This document shows, one piece after another, positions 57,285 through 64,000 of a stretch of 64,000 nucleotides of DNA. Source of the stretch: a virus (Duplodnaviria; Caudoviricetes); IMG/VR virus record IMGVR_UViG_3300028048_000038, positions 320,001-384,000 of that record. One strand, written 5' to 3'. The first letter of the stretch is position 1. Each line of letters starts with the position of its first letter. The notes under the pieces are model-generated. The model worked only from the letters and a program-made list of their open reading frames with translations, was not told the DNA's origin and made no database searches. The position numbers and the translations under genes are program-made.

Positions 57285-59789
57285 ATGAGTAAAAAGAACG
57301 AGACTAATTACACAATTGAGTTAAATGGAGTGTTGGATTACATGTCAACGGTTTTGTTGAATGAGTTTCCAACAGACGTACTAACACCAGAGTACTTGAT
57401 ACTTTCCATCTTGGATGTAAGAGATTGTCATGCAAACCTTATCTTGGACAATTGCTTAATGTCCAACAACCTAGATGAATTGAGAAAGGTTTATGTGGAG
57501 GTTATAGACGAACATACCAAACCACAGATGAAAGATGGTGATGTCAGATTTAATGATGAATTGGTGAGAATAATGGAGTGTGCTAAAACTGAGTCTGAGA
57601 AACTTAACAACTCCCAAATCGGTACAGAACACATATTATTAGCTGTATTGAACAAGGAGAATAATTTCAAAGAGGAAGCTATATTTGGAAGGTTTATGCT
57701 CCAATATGAGTTCATTTATAATAAATGTGATGTGAATACGGCACAAAAAGAAACTAATGTAAAACCAAATAGATTGAAGCCTAAGAAATTAAGTAAAGCC
57801 AAGAAAGATATCCCATTGAAAAGTCAAGTTAATATGAAAACAGTCACAACAGACAATTCATCTGATTCTGCCATTGAACAGTTTACAACTAGTCTTAACA
57901 AACTAGCTAGAAATGGTAAAATTGATGATATAATTGGGAGAAAGGATGAAATTGAGGAAATCATCCAAATTTTATCAAGACGCAAAAAAAACAATGCCGT
58001 ATTGGTTGGAAAAAGCGGTTGCGGGTGTACAGCCATAGTCTACGGCATCGCAAAGATGATTGAGGAAAACAAAGTCCCATCAGTTCTTGAAGGAAAGGAA
58101 ATTGTTATGCTTAATCCAATGGCTCTTGTAAGTGGTACACATTTTAGGGGTATGTTCGAGGAACGTATGAAGAACCTAATAGAAGCATTACAATCATCAG
58201 AAAGGTATATTCTATTCATTGATGATATTCATACTGTCCTAAGAAGCACCAATAAGGAAAGAGACGGAGATATTAGTGGAATGATTGGTAACTTGCTATC
58301 TGAAGGTACTGTTAAGGTTATTGCAACCACAAATTTCAAGGAATATAGAAATGCAATTGAATCAAATACACAGATTTCTAGGAAATTCCAAAAGATTGTG
58401 ATAGAACCAACAACAATTGACGAATCAATTAAAGTGTTAAACCAAAATAAGAGATATTATGAAGACTATCATAATGTGAGTTACAGCGAAAAAACAATTG
58501 AAAAGGCTGTAAAGCTTGCTGAGAGATATATTACGGATAGAAGTTTGCCAGACTCAGCATTTGACCTCATTGACTTGGCTGGAGCTAAGACAGCTCTTAT
58601 TGACAGAGAGCCAATCGAGATTCAAAACACCAAGAAGAGAATGAGGCAAATCGAAGATGAAAAAAATGAGGCACTCAATAATGGGGATTTTGAAAAGATT
58701 GACTCATTAACCATTGAAGAAAATGTTCTTGCATCAGACCTTGCGGATTATAAGAGAGACATTAAGAAGCTTAATCTTGCTAAGATTGATATTACAGAAA
58801 GCGACATTGCAGATGTGGTGTCTGAGATAACAAAGATTCCAGTAAGTAAATTGTCATTGAACGAAAAGGAAAAGATTGCCAATATTGATGACGTGCTGAA
58901 GAAAACAATTGTTGGTCAAGACGAGGCGATTGATGACATATGCAGAGTCATCAAGAGAAATAGGGTTGGTCTTAGCGATGGAAAGAAGTGTGCTGGCACT
59001 TATTTGCTTCTAGGTCGTTCTGGCACAGGAAAAACTCTTTTAGCAAAGACAATCGCAAAAGAAATATTCGGAGATGAAAAGGCGCTCATAAGACTTGATA
59101 TGTCTGAATATTCTGAGAAGAGTTCAGTGGCAAAACTTCATGGTTCAAGCCCTGGCTATATTGGTTATGATGATGGCGGTGTTCTGACGAATGCAATTAA
59201 GAATAAACCATATTCAGTAGTTTTACTTGATGAAATTGAAAAAGCTGATGAATCAATCTATAATTTATTCTTGCAAGTATTTGACGAAGGAAGACTTACA
59301 GAAAGCAATGGAAATGTGGTTGATTGTCATAACTGTATATTCATCATGACATCAAATATTGGCACAAGAAAGGCTTCAGAACTTGGAAATGGCGTTGGTT
59401 TTGTGTCAGATGAGAACAATAATAAGAAATCAATCATTGAGAAGGAACTTAAGAAGAAGTTTACTCCAGAATTCCTAAATAGAATAAATAAAATAGTTTA
59501 TTTTAATGATTTATCCAATGATAATTTAAAAGATATTGTTAAACTAGAAATAAATAATTTTAATAATAAATTAAATAATATAGAATATAATATAGTATAT
59601 ACTGATGACGTAGTAGATTATATACATGTAAAGGCAATAAAGAAAAAAGAATTTGGTGCAAGACCAATTATAAGGCTTATTCAAGATAACATCGAGGATA
59701 AAATCACAGAATTGATGCTTGAACACGACTATGAACCAAATTATACATTCAGTGCCTCTTGTGAAAATGGAGATATTGTTATTAAATAG
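57285..59789 (+). CDS. clpC: ClpC/ClpA-family AAA+ chaperone ATPase
   Basis: Clp-N repeat (TEHILLA), IIGR..EI..LSRRKKNN, LPDSAFDLID, NBD2 GRSGTGKT, DMSEY, LLDEIEKA, VGF ClpP loop, FGARP. Confidence 0.9.
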   Translation: MSKKNETNYTIELNGVLDYMSTVLLNEFPTDVLTPEYLILSILDVRDCHANLILDNCLMSNNLDELRKVYVEVIDEHTKPQMKDGDVRFNDELVRIMECAKTESEKLNNSQIGTEHILLAVLNKENNFKEEAIFGRFMLQYEFIYNKCDVNTAQKETNVKPNRLKPKKLSKAKKDIPLKSQVNMKTVTTDNSSDSAIEQFTTSLNKLARNGKIDDIIGRKDEIEEIIQILSRRKKNNAVLVGKSGCGCTAIVYGIAKMIEENKVPSVLEGKEIVMLNPMALVSGTHFRGMFEERMKNLIEALQSSERYILFIDDIHTVLRSTNKERDGDISGMIGNLLSEGTVKVIATTNFKEYRNAIESNTQISRKFQKIVIEPTTIDESIKVLNQNKRYYEDYHNVSYSEKTIEKAVKLAERYITDRSLPDSAFDLIDLAGAKTALIDREPIEIQNTKKRMRQIEDEKNEALNNGDFEKIDSLTIEENVLASDLADYKRDIKKLNLAKIDITESDIADVVSEITKIPVSKLSLNEKEKIANIDDVLKKTIVGQDEAIDDICRVIKRNRVGLSDGKKCAGTYLLLGRSGTGKTLLAKTIAKEIFGDEKALIRLDMSEYSEKSSVAKLHGSSPGYIGYDDGGVLTNAIKNKPYSVVLLDEIEKADESIYNLFLQVFDEGRLTESNGNVVDCHNCIFIMTSNIGTRKASELGNGVGFVSDENNNKKSIIEKELKKKFTPEFLNRINKIVYFNDLSNDNLKDIVKLEINNFNNKLNNIEYNIVYTDDVVDYIHVKAIKKKEFGARPIIRLIQDNIEDKITELMLEHDYEPNYTFSASCENGDIVIK

Positions 59790-59827
59790 GAAACGCTCAT
59801 AATTTTCAAATATTTTATAGTTAACAA

Positions 59828-59867
59828 TGGGGGAGGTTGAAACATTAATAAATCTCCCCCTTTTTTG
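59828..59867 (+). terminator. intrinsic terminator
   Basis: GGGGGAG..CTCCCCC followed by a T-run. Confidence 0.65.
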
Positions 59868-59894
59868 TAAAATAAGCAAAAATATCTTAAAAAA

Positions 59895-59928
59895 TTTGGT
59901 TTTCTCAAATATTTTTAGTATCTTTGCA
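59895..59928 (+). promoter_or_regulatory. Bacteroidota-type promoter
   Basis: TTTGG ... TATCTTTGCA. Confidence 0.7.
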
Positions 59929-59948
59929 TTTGTAAATCGTGTGCAGTC

Positions 59949-60521
59949 ATGCGTATAGATTTATGTAACAAGTTGGTTGATAACAATTTAACCAAAGAAG
60001 ACTTGTTAGAAAGGGTTGAAATAAGGAAGACCTCTACAGAAGATTTAGTCCAAATTTGCAAGACTTTGGCTAAAGCATTCGACTTATCATGTGATGCAGA
60101 GGCATATGGGCAACTTTGTCAATCCAAGGCATTATTGGAAGACTCAGTTAAGCTAGTTGATAAGGAAAGTGGGGAAATTTATAGTTTGCTTATGTTCTGT
60201 GAGTGCCCAATAAAGTTTGGCTCTCCAATCTCATTCGTTGAGAAGGAGCTTTCAGAATATTTGGATAGATATGTTCAAGTCAATGGGCATTCATTCATTA
60301 TTGATGAGAGACTTCGTGGGACAAATCTCGATAAACAGATGTTGTACTTCAACATCAAGTTCTTGAGAGATAATTATGACTTTATTTGGATGGGTGTCGA
60401 GAAAAGTTTACGAACTTTACCATATTGGCATAGACTAGGATTTGTAGATGTATTTGAGATACCAGAAGCTGTGTTTTGTCTTATACCATTAAGCAAAAAG
60501 ATGATTAAGGAATATTTATAA
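59949..60521 (+). CDS. GNAT-family acetyltransferase
   Basis: FIIDERLRGTNLDKQML and YWHRLGF motifs. Confidence 0.6.
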   Translation: MRIDLCNKLVDNNLTKEDLLERVEIRKTSTEDLVQICKTLAKAFDLSCDAEAYGQLCQSKALLEDSVKLVDKESGEIYSLLMFCECPIKFGSPISFVEKELSEYLDRYVQVNGHSFIIDERLRGTNLDKQMLYFNIKFLRDNYDFIWMGVEKSLRTLPYWHRLGFVDVFEIPEAVFCLIPLSKKMIKEYL

Positions 60522-60539
60522 TAATAAACAGAATTTATT

Positions 60540-60899
60540 ATGAAAAAATTCATATTATCTGAAAATGGTTTAGAGAGACTTAAACAGAATATAATAAAGG
60601 AAGCATGTTATGAAGACCATGTGAGTCATGGTTCTAAGTTCCTTACCGCAAACTATAAGGCAATTCCTTATGACAATGGTAAAGGTAAGATTGTTGGCGT
60701 GTTCATGAAATTGGATAATGGACAGCCTACAAAGATGACATGTTGGAAACAAGATGTGCTTGATGCACTAGATAAAGAATTTTATAATAGGATAACAAAC
60801 GATACCGAAAGAAAAGGCTTCATAAGCCAATTGCTAGACGATTGGTATAATGGTGGAATTAGTAAATATGGAAGTCTGACAAAGTATAATTTTAACTAA
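60540..60899 (+). CDS. putative head-internal protein (LxE-motif family)
   Basis: MKKFILSENGLERLKQNIIKE; late motif at 60512-60520. Confidence 0.55.
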   Translation: MKKFILSENGLERLKQNIIKEACYEDHVSHGSKFLTANYKAIPYDNGKGKIVGVFMKLDNGQPTKMTCWKQDVLDALDKEFYNRITNDTERKGFISQLLDDWYNGGISKYGSLTKYNFN

Positions 60900-60978
60900 G
60901 AGGAAAGCGTGACGTAACTCGCTCTCACATATCGTCACCATATCGGCATGTAGCATACTACAGCCGAGCCTCACATAA
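60898..60978 (+). other. candidate structured RNA leader
   Basis: GC-rich intergenic island with GTGACG/CGTCAC and CGGC-A-TGTAG/CTACA-GCCG stems. Confidence 0.35.
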
Positions 60979-60986
60979 AACTTTTA

Positions 60987-61424
60987 ATGATGAGACTAAA
61001 GAAATTATTTTTAATCGTGATGTTAATGCTTCCAATTAGCGTTAACGCACAACAAGGAAATGACTCATACGATTGGACTAAAGTAATTGATGCCATCGTG
61101 AAAGTCGAAAGCAAGGGAAATCCAAAGGCATATAATCAGAATGGTAATTGTGCAGGAATACTTCAGATTGTGCCTATATTGGTAAAGGAGTGCAACCAAA
61201 TTCTCAAGGAGAAAAAATCTACTAAACGTTATACCGTATCAGATAGATATGACGTTCAAAAATCAAAGGAAATGTTCATCTTGCTGCAAGAACATTTCAA
61301 TCCAGAACATAGTGTGGAAAAGGCAATTAAATGTTGGAATTGCGGATTCTATACTAAAAATTGGAAAAACAAAAGTATTGGATACTATAGGAAAGTTATG
61401 AAATATTACGATGGAGGCAATTAA
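60987..61424 (+). CDS. lytic transglycosylase / lysozyme-like protein with signal peptide (candidate endolysin)
   Basis: N-terminal signal peptide ending in VNA; AIVKVESKGN (catalytic Glu), GILQI, WN.G..YY.KV. Confidence 0.75.
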   Translation: MMRLKKLFLIVMLMLPISVNAQQGNDSYDWTKVIDAIVKVESKGNPKAYNQNGNCAGILQIVPILVKECNQILKEKKSTKRYTVSDRYDVQKSKEMFILLQEHFNPEHSVEKAIKCWNCGFYTKNWKNKSIGYYRKVMKYYDGGN

Positions 61425-61440
61425 GCCTCCATTTTTTTAT
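61410..61440 (+). terminator. intrinsic terminator
   Basis: ATGGAGGC-AATTAA-GCCTCCAT followed by a T-run. Confidence 0.8.
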
Positions 61441-61492
61441 TTTTTAACATTTTAATATTTGTATTTAGAAATATTTTCTATATCTTTGCTTT

Positions 61493-61822
61493 ATGGAAAT
61501 AAAACAGTTAGAACTATTCTCAGAAAATGATTTTGAGCCACAAAAGGTTTATTTGTGGAAAATTAAACATTGGGTTATAATCGACAATCTCGATAGAAGC
61601 AATTTTGAAGCCACTCGTAATAAGCATTATAAGATGATTATTGACACAATAGGTGGGTTTGTATATGATGAGAATAGTATTCAAACCACTCCCATGAGAG
61701 GAGATAAAGATGCTAGAACATTGAACATTAGCGAATACTTCATGCTAGCTAAAATGCTTAAGGAAAATGGAAAATACCTATATAATAAGAAATTAGGGAA
61801 AACCATATTAAAAAATAGGTGA
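61493..61822 (+). CDS. hypothetical protein (109 aa)
   Basis: ORF directly after TATCTTTG (61481). Confidence 0.6.
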   Translation: MEIKQLELFSENDFEPQKVYLWKIKHWVIIDNLDRSNFEATRNKHYKMIIDTIGGFVYDENSIQTTPMRGDKDARTLNISEYFMLAKMLKENGKYLYNKKLGKTILKNR

Positions 61823-61925
61823 TTTCCTAAACCTACTCAGAAAAGCCCTAAATGTGCCGTAACTGTTTGGAAAATAAAAAATAAACCAATATCTTTGCAA
61901 TAGTTATATTAAAATTGATTGGCTT

Positions 61926-62393
61926 ATGAAAAAGATTTTTGGATTTTTAGTAGCTTTAGCAATGTCAATAAGTCTTAGCTCTTGCGTAACAACTGCCGTA
62001 GCACAAGATGATGCGTTTGATGATGGAGTAAATACAACTGTCATTATTTCATATGGAACGCCATTCCTCAATGATGATGGTTTAATTATGTACTACTATT
62101 ACAGAGGATGGTATTATTATCCTTATTATATCGGTGATAGATATTGTTTCCATAGGTATAGAAGAGTATTACCGCCACAGCACTTCAGCAATTGGTACAG
62201 ACCTATGCCTAGAGGACATTTCCATCAAAGACCACACAGTCATCACCCTAGGCATGTAGCACCGTCAAGACCTATTCATCATGGTGGTGGCATGCATAGA
62301 CCGCATAATCCAAACATGAACGGTGGTGGACATAGACCTATGAACACACCTAGAAGCTCTACAAGAGGTGGTCATCTTGGTGGTAGAAGATAA
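61926..62393 (+). CDS. lipoprotein with Tyr-rich core and His/Pro/Arg/Gly tail
   Basis: Signal peptide with an LSSC lipobox; host-type promoter at 61890-61899. Confidence 0.7.
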   Translation: MKKIFGFLVALAMSISLSSCVTTAVAQDDAFDDGVNTTVIISYGTPFLNDDGLIMYYYYRGWYYYPYYIGDRYCFHRYRRVLPPQHFSNWYRPMPRGHFHQRPHSHHPRHVAPSRPIHHGGGMHRPHNPNMNGGGHRPMNTPRSSTRGGHLGGRR

Positions 62394-62517
62394 AATGTTA
62401 ACGAAATAAAAAAATAGTTGTGATAAAATTTGGAATTGCCAAATAAAAACTATATCTTTGCAATGTCAGACTTTTAAAATTTGACAGATTACTAAAAATA
62501 TAATTTTAATTAAAGTT

Positions 62518-63027
62518 ATGGAAAAAATTAATGTATTTATCGTTGCGTTGCCAACTTTTGAAAGTGTTGTGGAGAAGATTAAGGACGCAATCGAAGAAAA
62601 GTTCGAGAAGCCAAAGTGTAAGAAACCTCGTTTCTGTTGCGATGACTTCGAAGAGGATGAGGAGGATTTGACACCTCCAAGATTTAAAAATCACAGCTTT
62701 ATGCCACTAGCACCTATCCCACAGTGGGGTATTGGTGGAAAACCAGCAGATGAGAATCTAAGATTTGGTTACGGTCTTGAAGTAGATGAACCAAGGCGTT
62801 CAGACTATGACAACTTCGAGGACTTTGAATACGACCATCAGTTGTATGACGAATTTGTCGATGCTGGAGAATCTTGCCGTGAGCGTGGGCTTGATAGACG
62901 TAATAACGCACCAATCACAAAGTGTAATGCCATCCGTAAAAGACTGAACGAAGCACCTCCTATGAACTTACCGTTAATTGGAGAGACAGACTGGTGGAAC
63001 GAAGATGATTTAGATTGGGATTATTAA
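62518..63027 (+). CDS. hypothetical acidic protein
   Basis: ORF after a promoter at 62453-62462, followed by a hairpin at 63033-63066. Confidence 0.6.
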   Translation: MEKINVFIVALPTFESVVEKIKDAIEEKFEKPKCKKPRFCCDDFEEDEEDLTPPRFKNHSFMPLAPIPQWGIGGKPADENLRFGYGLEVDEPRRSDYDNFEDFEYDHQLYDEFVDAGESCRERGLDRRNNAPITKCNAIRKRLNEAPPMNLPLIGETDWWNEDDLDWDY

Positions 63028-63081
63028 TTAGAAAAGGTGGGTATAAAGATGATACTCACCTTTTTTAGACTTTTAGAGGTT

Positions 63082-63909
63082 ATGAGTAAGAGAGATAGTT
63101 TAGGAGATAGAATGAAGAGTTATTACGAGAATAGAGCTAAGACCTATCTCGTAAGAAGAATGCCAGTTATCATAAGATTGGATGGAAAGGCATTTCATAC
63201 TTTCACAAGAGGTTTTGCAAAACCTTTTGATAAAAGACTAATTAAGACAATGCAAGAAACCACTCTTGAACTTTGTAAAAATATTCAAGGTTGCGTATTT
63301 GGTTATACACAGTCAGATGAAATTACACTAGTGTTAGTTGATTATAACACATTAGATACAGACGCATGGTTTGACTATAGCGTTGAGAAAATGTGTTCAG
63401 TATCTGCTGCAATGGCTACATTATATTTCAATAGAATATTTCGCAACAAAATTCATGAGTTTGTTAATAAGCATCACAGTGTATTAACCGATGTAAAAAC
63501 ATATGGTGAAGAACTAGTGGGTTCTGTGAATAAATTATTAAAGTCATACAATAGAGCCGTTGAACAAGGTGCGTTATTTGACTCAAGATGCTTCAATATT
63601 CCAATTTCAGACGTTTGTAATTGTATCCTTTGGCGTGAAAAGGATGCTGAAAGAAATAGCATTAATAGTCTAGGACAATCAATGTTTTCTCACAAAGAAC
63701 TGCAAGGAAAGAGCACTAGCCAAGTTCAAGATATGCTAATGGAGAAATATGGCATCAATTGGAATAACTTATCAACTGTTGAAAAACGTGGAACTGCCGT
63801 TATTAAGAACGATAAGGGAGAATGGTTCATTGATGATGAAATGCCTATACTAACTGGAGAAGGACGTAATTACGTTGAATCTAGAATTATATTTGATGAT
63901 AAGAAATGA
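63082..63909 (+). CDS. tRNA-His guanylyltransferase Thg1-like 3'-5' polymerase
   Basis: RMKSYYE, IRLDGKAFHTFT, GYTQSDEI, FDSR, WREKDAERNSI. Confidence 0.92.
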   Translation: MSKRDSLGDRMKSYYENRAKTYLVRRMPVIIRLDGKAFHTFTRGFAKPFDKRLIKTMQETTLELCKNIQGCVFGYTQSDEITLVLVDYNTLDTDAWFDYSVEKMCSVSAAMATLYFNRIFRNKIHEFVNKHHSVLTDVKTYGEELVGSVNKLLKSYNRAVEQGALFDSRCFNIPISDVCNCILWREKDAERNSINSLGQSMFSHKELQGKSTSQVQDMLMEKYGINWNNLSTVEKRGTAVIKNDKGEWFIDDEMPILTGEGRNYVESRIIFDDKK

Positions 63910-64000
63910 AATATAAAGAGATAGATGGAATTGTTAATGTAATGGACGGTGATACTGTAGTTGCAAGGTATGAAGTGGATAGGCATTGGACTGAGAAAAA
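63906..64000 (+). CDS. hypothetical protein (partial, runs off window)
   Basis: ATGA overlap with the Thg1-like stop; frame open to the window end. Confidence 0.45.
   Translation, partial: MKYKEIDGIVNVMDGDTVVARYEVDRHWTEK

Noticed and set aside
2670-63662. Numerous antisense and nested ORFs in the six-frame track (e.g. 17534-18202, 33094-33489, 42179-43060)
   Set aside because: They are shadows of well-supported genes on the other strand or frame, with no motifs or promoters.
1-64000. CRISPR arrays, tRNA or rRNA genes
   Set aside because: No regularly spaced direct repeats or cloverleaf/T-loop signatures were seen by eye; a tRNAscan-SE run would be needed to exclude them fully.

Overview
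This is a 64 kb segment of a large AT-rich myovirus (jumbo-phage type) with a T4-like virion module, using the standard genetic code. Recurrent TTTG..TAnnTTTG promoters point to a Bacteroidota host. From left to right it carries replication and recombination genes (truncated UvsX/RecA-like, thymidine kinase, gp32-like SSB), then a baseplate and tail block. That block has a 2117-aa hub with lysozyme and CHAP-like domains, an OmpA-domain baseplate protein, tape measure, chaperone, tube and sheath. The head and packaging block follows (major capsid, scaffold, inverted prohead protease, portal, large terminase), then nucleotide metabolism, a ClpC-like ATPase, a lytic transglycosylase and a Thg1-like protein. 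Three free-standing homing-type endonucleases sit among the structural genes. The most notable observations are: (1) about 10 late-expressed proteins share an N-terminal MKKxIxLxE/LTESDL motif and (L/I/V)xE sites, and several carry enzyme domains (nucleotidyltransferase, GNAT), suggesting a capsid-packaged, protease-released cargo system; (2) a likely programmed -1 frameshift on an A9 slippery site joins two head-protein ORFs; (3) a sense-strand late-promoter motif, ATATTTAT(A/T), is the reverse complement of the T4 late promoter; (4) a tail-tube paralogue, an RNA-repair enzyme set, and a structured leader upstream of the transglycosylase. All calls come from motif recognition by eye; no database searches were run.
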